Origin: a virus
IMG/VR virus record: IMGVR_UViG_3300046791_000086
Coordinates: 1-60,355 of that record
Strand: one strand, 5' to 3'
DNA length: 60,355 nucleotides
Shown: piece by piece, positions 16,044-24,784 of the stretch
Layout: each line of letters opens with the position of its first letter
How positions within the stretch are numbered: position 1 is the stretch's first letter
Program-made: the position numbers and the translations under genes
The notes under the pieces: generated by a model
The model's input: the letters and a program-made list of their open reading frames with translations, nothing else
Told to the model about the DNA's origin: nothing
The model's database searches: none

Positions 16044-16484
16044 ATGGCAAGCCCCGCACCTAGCATCCCAGCCAACGCCGTGAGCGTCTGGAAAGAAGGC
16101 GACTCCATCGCCATGGTCATGGACGGCCACAAAGTCACCATCAAGCTCCAGCCATGGGAATGGCAAGCCATGGGGCGTAGTTGCAGCCATAGCGACTCGG
16201 GCCTTGCGACTTGCCCCACGGGCGGGCTGCGGACCCTGGCCTTGGCTCTCAAGCAACGCGAAGTCTTGGCCGAGACGCCAAAGATTGCCATGGCTCCCTC
16301 GCCCACCCAGTGGGACATCGTAAACGGCACGCTAAGTAAGCTGGCCTTGGCGGAAGAGCGCCACGCCCGCGCCATGGTTAAAGATGCCGAGCGCAAAGCC
16401 AAAGCCGCGGTGCAGGAGCGCGAAGCCAACCTAGCCAAAACCGATCCAACTGAGTACCTGCGTAAACTTGGCCTCATAGACTAA
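16044..16484 (+). CDS. Hypothetical protein (146 aa)
   Basis: ORF track. CAGGAG upstream. Confidence 0.65.
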   Translation: MASPAPSIPANAVSVWKEGDSIAMVMDGHKVTIKLQPWEWQAMGRSCSHSDSGLATCPTGGLRTLALALKQREVLAETPKIAMAPSPTQWDIVNGTLSKLALAEERHARAMVKDAERKAKAAVQEREANLAKTDPTEYLRKLGLID

Positions 16485-16496
16485 GGAGCAAAGCCC

Positions 16497-16811
16497 ATGA
16501 CTAAGAAAACTTCCCTCGAACTCTCCATCGAACATTGGGAGCGCCTCGCCACCGGCAAGCGCGGAGCCTACGAAGGCTGCACAGGAGACCAGTGTGCGCT
16601 TTGCGATGAGTTCTACGACACCGAAGGCGATGATGAAGAGTACCACATTTCCTCTTGCTACGAGTGCCCAGTCTATCAAAGCACCGGCTATACAGACTGT
16701 GAAGGCTCCCCTTGGCGCGCAGCCCATGACGCCGTGCGCTTTGGCTATGATAGCCCAGAGTTCCTCGCCGCTGCCCAGCAGGAGCTGGACTTCTTGCGGG
16801 GGCTGAAATGA
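16497..16811 (+). CDS. Cys-rich (putative zinc-binding) protein (104 aa)
   Basis: ORF track. AAGGAG upstream. Cys pattern CTGDQCALC...CYECP...C. Confidence 0.6.
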   Translation: MTKKTSLELSIEHWERLATGKRGAYEGCTGDQCALCDEFYDTEGDDEEYHISSCYECPVYQSTGYTDCEGSPWRAAHDAVRFGYDSPEFLAAAQQELDFLRGLK

Positions 16812-17554
16812 TCCGCCAGCTCTTCCGCCTAAGCGCGGAAATCATCGAGAGCATCTCGATCGAGGAGACCGTAGCGACGTTCAAGGACATGGAAGAACTC
16901 GGCATCGCGGAGCCACCGTATGATGAGTTTTCCATAGAAGTCCCCGTTAGGAGTGTCCTCCGGGTTGAACCACGCGCTGACGGCGAGCTTGATCCAAAGG
17001 ACGACTGGCACCCAAACCAGACGATGATCTTTAACTACAGCAAGAACGCTCCAAAGGTCTCCCTGACATCTTGCCGGACTCAACACTACGTCCCAGACCT
17101 TTGTGAATTTCTCCGCACAAATCTTACCGGCTATTCCGCCGATCTCCACCGGCGCGAGCAGAAACTTGCAGAGGACTTGGAACTACGCGCCGCGTTGCTT
17201 TGGGAGGCGTTGATTGTATTGCTGGCCACCAAGAACATCGTCAAGGAGACCAAGCATAACTCCCTCGCCAAGCACGGAGTCGGCAAGGCCAAGGCCCTGT
17301 ATACAACCAGCCTGTCAATAGGCCGAGTTACAGAGTCGGCCCCAGACACACCGGGTACAGAGCCCGGCGCACCTAAGCGCCCACACATGCGCCGCGGCCA
17401 TATCCGCTCCCAGCACTATGGCCCCGGAGGCGAGTTTGTGAAGAAAGTCTTTATCCAGCCAGTGTTTGTGAACGCAGACAAAGGCTATATCTCCCAGCGC
17501 ACCGCGTACAACGTCCACAAGGAGCACGACCATGGAAAGGAGCCTAGATCATGA
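16808..17554 (+). CDS. Hypothetical protein (248 aa)
   Basis: ORF track. ATGA overlap upstream. Basic C-terminal motif PHMRRGHIRSQHYGPGG. Family not recognised. Confidence 0.65.
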   Translation: MIRQLFRLSAEIIESISIEETVATFKDMEELGIAEPPYDEFSIEVPVRSVLRVEPRADGELDPKDDWHPNQTMIFNYSKNAPKVSLTSCRTQHYVPDLCEFLRTNLTGYSADLHRREQKLAEDLELRAALLWEALIVLLATKNIVKETKHNSLAKHGVGKAKALYTTSLSIGRVTESAPDTPGTEPGAPKRPHMRRGHIRSQHYGPGGEFVKKVFIQPVFVNADKGYISQRTAYNVHKEHDHGKEPRS

Positions 17555-17667
17555 CCGAGTTTCTGCTCGACACAATCTCTCAACTGGCCAGCGGGTTTTC
17601 CAACAACCCCTTGGCATATGCCCTAGTTTGCATTATCTCCTTCTTCCTCGTGAAGGCTGCGATCTAG
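17551..17667 (+). CDS. Small hydrophobic peptide (38 aa)
   Basis: Own translation MTEFLLDTISQLASGFSNNPLAYALVCIISFFLVKAAI. ATGA overlap with the upstream stop. The track ORF in the other frame (17532..17756) looks non-coding. Confidence 0.35.
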   Translation: MTEFLLDTISQLASGFSNNPLAYALVCIISFFLVKAAI

Positions 17668-17752
17668 GCCAAGGCCCGAGCCTTGGTTCTTGTCTCCACC
17701 CATGCTGCAAAGACAATGGCGTCTGTTGCGGCTGCTGTAAAGGAACTCCCCA

Positions 17753-18130
17753 ATGAACGCCTACCTGGACAGACTCAAAACTGATCTCTACGCCGACACC
17801 GACAAGAGCATGGAGCCCAAGCTCCAGCACCTCCACCAAACTCTTAACTCCATGCCTCCCGGCATGGCGATCACCGCGCTGGGCCACGAACTCAGCAAAA
17901 GGCTCGGCAGGTTCATCTTCGAGCCCCACCGCAACAAGCCCAGCGACACTGGGACCGTAAAGCTCGACATCCCGGCGCTCTTCGAATTCATGCTCTTCAT
18001 GGCAGACTCTTCAGTCGGCTTCACGGAGATGGTTCGGATACTGGAAGTCGCCCGAGTCAAGAAGCCCGGCCAAGCCCCTCTCAAAGCCCCGGACCTCTAC
18101 GAACTCTTCAACATCCCCAAGCCGGTCTGA
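17753..18130 (+). CDS. Hypothetical protein (125 aa)
   Basis: ORF track. AAAGGA upstream. Confidence 0.6.
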   Translation: MNAYLDRLKTDLYADTDKSMEPKLQHLHQTLNSMPPGMAITALGHELSKRLGRFIFEPHRNKPSDTGTVKLDIPALFEFMLFMADSSVGFTEMVRILEVARVKKPGQAPLKAPDLYELFNIPKPV

Positions 18131-18189
18131 TGCAACGGACTTCAGGGACCAGCGCCCTGAAGATCGTTACACCAGCAAAGGAGACTAAC

Positions 18190-18588
18190 ATGACTCGCAT
18201 AGACGAAATTGTCGGCGCGCACTTCCGCCCGCCAGCAAAGGCTATCTTGTCCACGCTCTTTGGGGATTGTCCCTTAGAGCTTCGGCCAGAGCCAGACAAC
18301 CCTTACGACCCAAACGCAATCGCAGTCTGGATCAACTCCAAGCACATCAACGCCGATCACTGCGACGTGGAGGCCCTGGCCTCCAACGCCCCGTTCTTCG
18401 GCAAGAGCCTGGAAGAAATCCAGCACGAAGCCGGTTGGCACCTCGGGTACATTCGCAAAGAAGTGGCGGCTACGATAGTTGACCAGTTCCTGGGCGAGAC
18501 TATGCCCGCGATGCTGGCCTTCTTATCCAACGGCAAGCCAGCCGCAAGGTTCACCCTGGACGCACAACAGCTTCCTTTGTTGCCTTGA
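18190..18588 (+). CDS. HIRAN-domain protein (132 aa)
   Basis: Internal ATG of track ORF 18130..18588 after AAAGGAG. IVGAHFRPPAK...LELRPEPDNPYDPNAIAVW matches the HIRAN signature. Confidence 0.6.
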   Translation: MTRIDEIVGAHFRPPAKAILSTLFGDCPLELRPEPDNPYDPNAIAVWINSKHINADHCDVEALASNAPFFGKSLEEIQHEAGWHLGYIRKEVAATIVDQFLGETMPAMLAFLSNGKPAARFTLDAQQLPLLP

Positions 18589-18665
18589 CAGCGACCATGT
18601 GGGCCGCTCTCCTAGTAGCAGCCATTTTGCTGCTGCTAGTAGTTCTCACATAAAGGAGCAAGCCG

Positions 18666-18869
18666 ATGCAAGACAAAACCCTCACCATGCTGGACATAAC
18701 CCAGCCGGAACACGTCGAGGTCCAAATCAAGAGCGACGGCAATGCGATCTGGGTGAATGTGGACGGCCTTTGCAGGCTCCGCATCACCAGAATCGCAACC
18801 CTGCAGCTTGTCGATGACAGACCTCGGGACGACGCCGACTACCACACGGAGGACTACCCTAATGACTAA
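18666..18869 (+). CDS. Hypothetical protein (67 aa)
   Basis: ORF track. AAGGAG upstream. Confidence 0.6.
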   Translation: MQDKTLTMLDITQPEHVEVQIKSDGNAIWVNVDGLCRLRITRIATLQLVDDRPRDDADYHTEDYPND

Positions 18870-19035
18870 GCCTCTGAAACTCAGCCCCAGGGCTCGGTCC
18901 ATAGCCGAGACCCTGGCGGTTATTCTCTCCGACACGGACCAGACATTCGGCTCTCTTGCCGACGAAACCCGTGAGCGGATCGCCAAGGCAGCCAAGGTCA
19001 TCGAAATGCTGTACTTTGCAAAGGAGCCCAAGTGA
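18862..19035 (+). CDS. Hypothetical protein (57 aa)
   Basis: Internal ATG of track ORF 18757..19035, overlapping the upstream gene end by 8 nt. Confidence 0.5.
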   Translation: MTKPLKLSPRARSIAETLAVILSDTDQTFGSLADETRERIAKAAKVIEMLYFAKEPK

Positions 19036-19334
19036 CAAACTTCATCTCCTTTCCACTCTCTTACACCAAGAAAGGCGAGCGGTACGATGTACTTCTCGCC
19101 TCTGGACATACAGTCCATCTCAGCCCAACCGTCTACGACACAAAACTCCTGGCGTCCATTCTCGAACAGACGCCAGTGCCTTCTGTTAATGCCCTCAAGT
19201 TTGAGGAGCTAATAAAGTACCTTGTCTCTCTTCACCTGCCCCTTCAATGCAGACTCTCGGTCCGGGCTATGCCTGGGCCAGGAGACTTTTCTTACTGCTA
19301 CGATGTGGCAATATCTGGGAGCCCAACCTCATGA
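19032..19334 (+). CDS. Hypothetical protein (100 aa, GTG start)
   Basis: ORF track. GTGA overlap with the upstream stop. Confidence 0.55.
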   Translation: MTNFISFPLSYTKKGERYDVLLASGHTVHLSPTVYDTKLLASILEQTPVPSVNALKFEELIKYLVSLHLPLQCRLSVRAMPGPGDFSYCYDVAISGSPTS

Positions 19335-19813
19335 CCATCATAGCCTTTCGGTACGGTGCCCTCGCCGGGGACACCCAGACAAACATCTCTGGCAGCATAT
19401 ACCCATACAAGGTCTCCAAGGTTTTCAAAATCTCCCCCACAAGGCTCATTGGCTTTGTGGGGGAGGCTGGCCTTGGCCACCGCTTCCTGCGTCACTTCCT
19501 CGAGGCTCAAGTCGAGCCACGGTGGCTCTTCGACAAAGCGCCGAAGATGCCAGGCTCCAAGGCCATTATCTTCGACGCCTTCTCAACGGATGAAACCGCT
19601 GTGAGCATCTTCGAAGATGACACTTGGTTCACCACTAAACTCCCCTACGACCTCGGCGTGGCCTACGGCAGCGGCATGGACTTTGCGCTCGGCGCTATGT
19701 TCCAGGGCGCGGACGCCACGGAGGCCGCAACCGCCGCCCGGTACCTCGACGTAGGCTGTGGCGGAGACATCGAGACTTTGTACTTTGGAGAGGACGACTT
19801 TGATGCCACATGA
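19331..19813 (+). CDS. HslV/proteasome-beta-like Ntn-hydrolase peptidase (160 aa)
   Basis: ATG at 19331 (ATGA overlap) gives MTIIAFRYGALAGDTQ...KVSKVFKI...IGFVGEAG...AYGSGMDFALGAM. This parallels HslV TTIV..AGDGQ..K..GFAG..GSG with Thr directly after the initiator Met. Confidence 0.6.
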   Translation: MTIIAFRYGALAGDTQTNISGSIYPYKVSKVFKISPTRLIGFVGEAGLGHRFLRHFLEAQVEPRWLFDKAPKMPGSKAIIFDAFSTDETAVSIFEDDTWFTTKLPYDLGVAYGSGMDFALGAMFQGADATEAATAARYLDVGCGGDIETLYFGEDDFDAT

Positions 19814-21359
19814 TCCAACCCCCGAGCAACAAGCTATCTTCGACGCGGCGCTCAGCCGCCCGGAGAGCCTCTTGGTCAACGCCTATGCTGGAACCGGCAA
19901 AACGACTACAATGGAAATGATGGCCTGGCGCATGGACTCCAGTATCCCCGCCATGGCACTCGCCTTCAACAAGCTCATTGCGACAGAGCTTGAGAAACGC
20001 TTCCCCAAGCACTTTGTTATCAAGACCTTTAACGGCCTTGGCCACGGCGCATGGGGCCGGAGCATCGGCAAGAGACTTATTCTCGACGACAGGAAAGTGG
20101 GCCGCCTTGTCACCCAGCTCTTCAAGGACGAAGGCTTCCAGGGCACCAAAGAGGACTGGGCCTCGGTCAAAGACTTGGTTACGGCAGCCCAGAACGCCGG
20201 GCTCGTCCCCAAGGACTTCTCCTACGCCAAGGGCCTCGTGCCAGACACCCCTGAGCAGTGGGCCTTGCTTGCGCTGGACCAAAGCGTCGAGCCTAAGTTC
20301 ATCCCCTTCGCTCAGCAGGTGCTCTTCGCCGTCATCAAAGAAGCCGTGCAAGGCTTGGTCTCCTTCGATGACCAGATCTACATGTCGGCGCTCTTCGGCG
20401 GCGTGTTCCCAAGATACCCAGCTGTGATTGTGGACGAAAGCCAGGACCTCAGCCCGCTGAACCACATCCAAGTCCAGAAGGTCGCAGCGGGCAGACTCTT
20501 TGTCGTGGGTGACAGAAAGCAAGCCATCTATGCCTTCCGCGGCGCGGACCACCAGTCCATGGACAAGCTCAAGCTACTTCGCAAGGAGTGGATCGAGCTG
20601 CCACTCTTCACCACCTTCCGCTGCCCCAAGACCGTAGTCGCCAGGGCGCAAGCTCACGCCCCCGGCTTCACGGCGTTCCACAAGAACATCGAGGGCCAGA
20701 TCATCCAGCTACCAAAGCGTCCAAGCCCACCTGCCAGCTTTCTGACAATCGAAGAACAAGAAGCTGAAGAGAAGCCCGTTTGGCACTGGCACGAAGTCGC
20801 AGAGCTTGGCGACGAGATCGCAATTCTCTGCCGCAACAACGCGCCCTTGCTGAGCATGGCCTTCAAGCTCCTTCGCCGGGGCGTGGGCTGTAAGATGCTG
20901 GGCCGGGACATTGGCAAGGGGCTAGTGCTCCTGGCCAAGAAAATTCTCCCGAACCCCGACACCAAGCTCGAGGATTGCATCGAACTTATCAACCACTGGC
21001 GCCAGTTGGAACTGGCCAAGGCTTCGGCCCTGGGGCAGGAAAGCAAGCTGGATGGTATTCATGACCGGGCAGAGTCCCTGCTGGCCGTGGCCGAGCACGC
21101 CATGCCACCGACAGCCGACTTCCTGATCCTTGCCTTGCAGCAGCTCTTCGCCCGCGATGCTGGCCAGGTTGTCCTCTCTTCTGGCCACAAGTCCAAAGGC
21201 TTGGAGTGGGACGTAGTCTTGCACTTGGACCCGTGGCGCATCCCCAGCAAATGGGCAACAAGCGAGTCCGAGAAAATCCAAGAAGCTAACCTGCGGTATG
21301 TTATCGAAACCCGGCCCAAGCGGGTGCTTGTGCTGGCCAATGTGGAGGATTTTAGATGA
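19803..21359 (+). CDS. UvrD/Rep-family (SF1) DNA helicase
   Basis: Walker A AYAGTGKTTT, motif II VIVDESQDLS, motif III VGDRKQAIYAFRGAD, motif VI-like GHKSKGLEWDVV. The ATG at 19803 overlaps the upstream gene by 11 nt. Confidence 0.9.
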   Translation: MPHDPTPEQQAIFDAALSRPESLLVNAYAGTGKTTTMEMMAWRMDSSIPAMALAFNKLIATELEKRFPKHFVIKTFNGLGHGAWGRSIGKRLILDDRKVGRLVTQLFKDEGFQGTKEDWASVKDLVTAAQNAGLVPKDFSYAKGLVPDTPEQWALLALDQSVEPKFIPFAQQVLFAVIKEAVQGLVSFDDQIYMSALFGGVFPRYPAVIVDESQDLSPLNHIQVQKVAAGRLFVVGDRKQAIYAFRGADHQSMDKLKLLRKEWIELPLFTTFRCPKTVVARAQAHAPGFTAFHKNIEGQIIQLPKRPSPPASFLTIEEQEAEEKPVWHWHEVAELGDEIAILCRNNAPLLSMAFKLLRRGVGCKMLGRDIGKGLVLLAKKILPNPDTKLEDCIELINHWRQLELAKASALGQESKLDGIHDRAESLLAVAEHAMPPTADFLILALQQLFARDAGQVVLSSGHKSKGLEWDVVLHLDPWRIPSKWATSESEKIQEANLRYVIETRPKRVLVLANVEDFR

Positions 21360-21562
21360 AACCCGTCATGACCACAGAGAACAAAATCTGGGTGCTGCTT
21401 TACAGGGTGGACTGGTTCAAGGGCCAGAAAATCCACCCAGACGTCCACACCTACTGCTTCCACACGGAGGCAGAGGCTATGAAGCACCTCTCGGAAATGG
21501 CCCCCGCCTCCAGAAACAAGTACTGGATCAAGAAAACCTACCTTCAGGAGCCTCAGTCATGA
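21356..21562 (+). CDS. Hypothetical protein (68 aa)
   Basis: ORF track. ATGA overlap. Confidence 0.6.
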   Translation: MKPVMTTENKIWVLLYRVDWFKGQKIHPDVHTYCFHTEAEAMKHLSEMAPASRNKYWIKKTYLQEPQS

Positions 21563-21729
21563 TAGACTGGAGCAACGTCACCGAGTCTGTCCACCCATCT
21601 GCCATCTTCGAGAAAGACGGCAAGTGGTGGTTCTATGACGAAACTTGGTCCGACAGCCACGGACCTTTTGCGACTGAAGCCTTGGCCACCGAAGCCTTAA
21701 ACGACTACGTTCTCTACCTTAACCAATAG
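21559..21729 (+). CDS. Hypothetical protein (56 aa)
   Basis: Internal ATG of track ORF 21298..21729. ATGA overlap with the upstream stop. Confidence 0.5.
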   Translation: MIDWSNVTESVHPSAIFEKDGKWWFYDETWSDSHGPFATEALATEALNDYVLYLNQ

Positions 21730-21739
21730 GAGACTTCCA

Positions 21740-22942
21740 ATGGCAATTCACTTTTCCACCCCAGGCAAGCTAGACCTGCGCTGCCTCACGACCTTTGGCG
21801 TCAACGTCAAGCCCAACGCCGAAGGCTCCCCAATTGGCTACTTCGGCACCGGGCTCAAGTACGCGGTGGCAGTCTTGCTGCGCCACAAGGCAAAGCTAAG
21901 TCTCACCACCGGCGGCCAGACATACGCCTTCCGCACTGACATCGAGGACATCCGAGGCAAGGACTTTGATCTCTGTTCCATGGTCAAGACTTCCGAGCCC
22001 CGCGAGATGGAGCCCAACATCTTCTCCCTGCCTTTCACCCTGGAACTCGGCAAGGACTGGACTCTAGAAAACGCCTACAGGGAACTCTACTCCAACACCA
22101 AAGACGAGCAAGGCCGCGTCACCAGCGGAGAGTGTCCGACTTTGGCGCAATTCCCCACTGTTCTAAGCGTCGAGCTTGAAGCCTTCGACAAAGTTCACGC
22201 CAATAAGGACTCCTTCATTCTCGACCAGACCATGACGCCGATCTACAAGACTGATAAGATCGAAGTCTACCCGTACCCAAGCAAGGCAGTTTTCTACCGG
22301 GGGATTGCGGTCTACGAAGGCTCCAAACCCTACGCCTTCACATATAACCTGCTCAAGCAATTGACGCTGAATGAAAACCGCACCGCGAGCCACTTTTCTG
22401 TTTCTTGGGACTTGGCGGACGCCATCGCCACTTGCCCCGACAAGCACCTGGTTCAGGCCGCGCTCCTGCACGACGGCATGGAGCACGAGCTTTCATACGA
22501 CTACGCCCCGAAAGGCGAGGTCTTTATGGACACCCTAGCTGCCTTGGTCAAGACCCATGGCACGGTGCTCGGGGAAAACGCCGTGCGGGTGTTCTACACC
22601 AGCGCCAAGGCCGCGCCGCAGTGGGAAACCATCGAACCCACGGCAGAGCAGCTCACCGCCTACACCAGCATGGTGAACAAAATCCGCTCCTGCGGCATCG
22701 ACATCACCTACCCGGTCAAGATCTCCCAAGACCTCGGGCTGAACGTCTTGGCCCGTGCTTACCAAGGCGCCATCTGGCTCACGCCCAAAGTCTTCAACGA
22801 CCCGGACCTCCTCATCGCCGCCTTGCTTGAGGAGTACGTCCACCTAAGATACTCAGTCGCGGATGAGACCCGCGCCATGCAGAATGCAATCTTCACCGTG
22901 CTTGCCAACGTCATCCAAGTGAAAGGAGAACCAAATGGCTGA
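21740..22942 (+). CDS. Hypothetical protein (400 aa), largest unassigned early ORF
   Basis: ORF track. AGGAG upstream. No confident motif. Confidence 0.75.
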   Translation: MAIHFSTPGKLDLRCLTTFGVNVKPNAEGSPIGYFGTGLKYAVAVLLRHKAKLSLTTGGQTYAFRTDIEDIRGKDFDLCSMVKTSEPREMEPNIFSLPFTLELGKDWTLENAYRELYSNTKDEQGRVTSGECPTLAQFPTVLSVELEAFDKVHANKDSFILDQTMTPIYKTDKIEVYPYPSKAVFYRGIAVYEGSKPYAFTYNLLKQLTLNENRTASHFSVSWDLADAIATCPDKHLVQAALLHDGMEHELSYDYAPKGEVFMDTLAALVKTHGTVLGENAVRVFYTSAKAAPQWETIEPTAEQLTAYTSMVNKIRSCGIDITYPVKISQDLGLNVLARAYQGAIWLTPKVFNDPDLLIAALLEEYVHLRYSVADETRAMQNAIFTVLANVIQVKGEPNG

Positions 22943-23138
22943 CAGAAAAAAGGTCCGCTGTGTAGTGGAATTGGCAGTCCCTTCATACTACCCAGAACGG
23001 GACTTCGCCTGGCTTATCCGAACGGCTCTTAACGAAGCAGAGCTGCATCGTCGCATGACTTTACATTGGCCCGGCATCTCTACCAGCCGGCTCCATGTGA
23101 AGATGCTGTCCAAAGTCTTGCCATTCTTGCATGGGTAA
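22935..23138 (+). CDS. Hypothetical protein (67 aa)
   Basis: ORF track. AAGGAG upstream. 8-nt overlap with the upstream gene. Confidence 0.6.
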   Translation: MADRKKVRCVVELAVPSYYPERDFAWLIRTALNEAELHRRMTLHWPGISTSRLHVKMLSKVLPFLHG

Positions 23139-23304
23139 AGGCCACCGAGACAACCACGCCGCTCGGCTCAAGCGCGGCCCCCAAGCCTTCGCAAAGAAAG
23201 CCAAGCGGCGTAAACCAGACCCGCGCTGCTTGCTATGTGGCAAGCATGTAAAGAAACTGTCTGCGGGCCTTTGCAAAGCCTGCTTTAAAGGAGTACCATT
23301 CTAA
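23131..23304 (+). CDS. Small basic zinc-ribbon-like protein (57 aa)
   Basis: Below the track cut-off. Own translation MGKGHRDNHAARLKRGPQAFAKKAKRRKPDPRCLLCGKHVKKLSAGLCKACFKGVPF (CxxC...CxxC). Its stop overlaps the next ATG (TAATG). Confidence 0.5.
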   Translation: MGKGHRDNHAARLKRGPQAFAKKAKRRKPDPRCLLCGKHVKKLSAGLCKACFKGVPF

Positions 23305-23651
23305 TGCACTTCCACCACAAAGACAGACCTAAGACCCAAGCCGGTATCCCGGCCTTGCTGTGGGAGGGCCAGCCAGTAGGCCCCCTTCCCAGTATTACTC
23401 TCCTGCAGCTCAACCCTGATGTCATCTGGATCACCGCCCATCCGTTGATCGCCCTAGCCACCGCCAGAACCCTTTACTGGGACATTCCCGAGAAGGAACT
23501 GGACTGGTGGCTGGCGCGATGGTGGGAGGAGCCAGAGGAAGTCCTCCTCGCCGCGGGCTGGAAATACTCCAAGCAGGCCTCGGCCCCTAGTAAGCCACCC
23601 GCCCAGCCCCAGGGCACCGTCACCTTATCTCTTTCAGACTTAGGACTCTAA
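23304..23651 (+). CDS. Hypothetical protein (115 aa)
   Basis: ORF track. AAGGAG upstream. Confidence 0.6.
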   Translation: MHFHHKDRPKTQAGIPALLWEGQPVGPLPSITLLQLNPDVIWITAHPLIALATARTLYWDIPEKELDWWLARWWEEPEEVLLAAGWKYSKQASAPSKPPAQPQGTVTLSLSDLGL

Positions 23652-23652
23652 A

Positions 23653-23997
23653 ATGGCCCATCCCCACATCATCCACAAGCGCGCCGCAGAGCTAATCCTC
23701 CAAGGCAAACCTTACTTGGAAATCGGCAGGCTCCTTTGCAAAGAGTTCCCTGCCCATATCAGCCCGCTGTCAAATCTCTCTTCTGTAGTCTCTGGGCTTG
23801 TTTCTAGAGCCCGGAAGTATGGCTTCTTAACTGCCCCCGCCCGCGGCACTGCACAAACCCGAGCAGCGTCTGCGGCGAGGCTCTCTGGTGGAAGCCGTGT
23901 CCCAGCCCCAATATCCCTGGCTCCAATTCCACCGCCAAGGCCAGTCCTCGAGGAACGGGCTTTGCCCGTGCTGGTGGGCCGTATGCCGGGGGAATAA
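23653..23997 (+). CDS. Putative DNA-binding protein (114 aa)
   Basis: ORF track. The N-terminal half has an HTH-like pattern (ELILQGKPYLEIGRLL...SSVVSGLVSRARKYGF). Family uncertain. Confidence 0.5.
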   Translation: MAHPHIIHKRAAELILQGKPYLEIGRLLCKEFPAHISPLSNLSSVVSGLVSRARKYGFLTAPARGTAQTRAASAARLSGGSRVPAPISLAPIPPPRPVLEERALPVLVGRMPGE

Positions 23998-24004
23998 TGT
24001 GCGT

Positions 24005-24019
24005 CATGGTATTGCCCTA
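24005..24019 (+). promoter_or_regulatory. CATGGTATTGCCCTA box (second exact copy)
   Basis: Identical 15-mer to 11280..11294. Extended -10-like TGgTATTGC. Confidence 0.4.
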
Positions 24020-24059
24020 TGGACCTAAAAATAAATATTCATGGGCCACGCCGCGACCA

Positions 24060-24088
24060 TTGACACGGTATGCCATCGCGCCTAAATT
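24060..24088 (+). promoter_or_regulatory. Sigma70-like promoter TTGACA-17-TAAATT
   Basis: -35 at 24060..24065, 17-nt spacer, -10 at 24083..24088. About 85 nt upstream of the ATG at 24172. Confidence 0.5.
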
Positions 24089-24171
24089 TCCATTGTCCGC
24101 GCCATGAGGCGCACAAAAACCAGCCCTCCCAGCCAAATCCCTGGGCCTCGGGCATCCAAAGGAGCCAAATC

Positions 24172-24732
24172 ATGGCAAAGAAGCAGAAGAAGGAAACTGA
24201 AATGACCGACGAAGCTCAGACCAACGGCAGCGGCGAAGCCACCAACGGCTCTGCCCCGACCCAGACCATCGCCATCGACAACATCGCTTTCAGCGCTCCG
24301 GCGCCCTATGCTGACGGCGACACGATCAACACGGCAGAAGCCGGAGCCCTCAACCAGACCCTCGGTGAGAACCTCCGCAACAACTTCCGCAAGAAAGTCG
24401 CTGACGCCAAAGAAAAGGCCGGTGGGACGCTGGACGAGGCCGGTATCGCGGCCCTGCAAGCTGCCTTCGCTGAGTACGCCAAGGACTACGAGTTCGCCGG
24501 CAAGCGCGGCACTCGGATGCCCGTGGACCCGGTGGAGAAGGAAGCCACGAAGATCGCCAGGGAGAAAATCCGCGAAGCTCTCAAGACCAAGAACGTGGAC
24601 CTCAAGACTCTGGCCGAAGGTGCTTTCGACAAGCTCGTCGCAGACCTCCTGGCCCGCAAGCCCGAGTACCGCGAGATCGCGGCTGCCCGGATCGCCCAGA
24701 TGCAGGCGCTCGCCGCCGACATCTTGGCCTAA
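24172..24732 (+). CDS. Lys/Ala/Glu-rich protein of unknown function (186 aa) in its own transcription unit
   Basis: Internal ATG of track ORF 24070..24732, 7 nt after AAGGAG. Bracketed by promoter-like sites and strong hairpins. Confidence 0.7.
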   Translation: MAKKQKKETEMTDEAQTNGSGEATNGSAPTQTIAIDNIAFSAPAPYADGDTINTAEAGALNQTLGENLRNNFRKKVADAKEKAGGTLDEAGIAALQAAFAEYAKDYEFAGKRGTRMPVDPVEKEATKIAREKIREALKTKNVDLKTLAEGAFDKLVADLLARKPEYREIAAARIAQMQALAADILA

Positions 24733-24784
24733 GGGCCAAGGCCCTACTCGAAGCCGGGGCTTTTGCCATTGGCCCTGACTTCTG

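Noticed and set aside
21740-22942. GHKL-type ATPase, suggested by IGYFGTGLKYAVA (GxxGxG-like).
   Set aside because: No upstream N-box (ExxxNxxD) fits within the 30 preceding residues, and the other GHKL motifs are not evident.
23653-23997. GcrA-like cell-cycle regulator, which would pair well with the GANTC idea.
   Set aside because: There is only a loose HTH-pattern resemblance to the GcrA N-terminus, and the conserved C-terminal motif is not present. Too weak to call.
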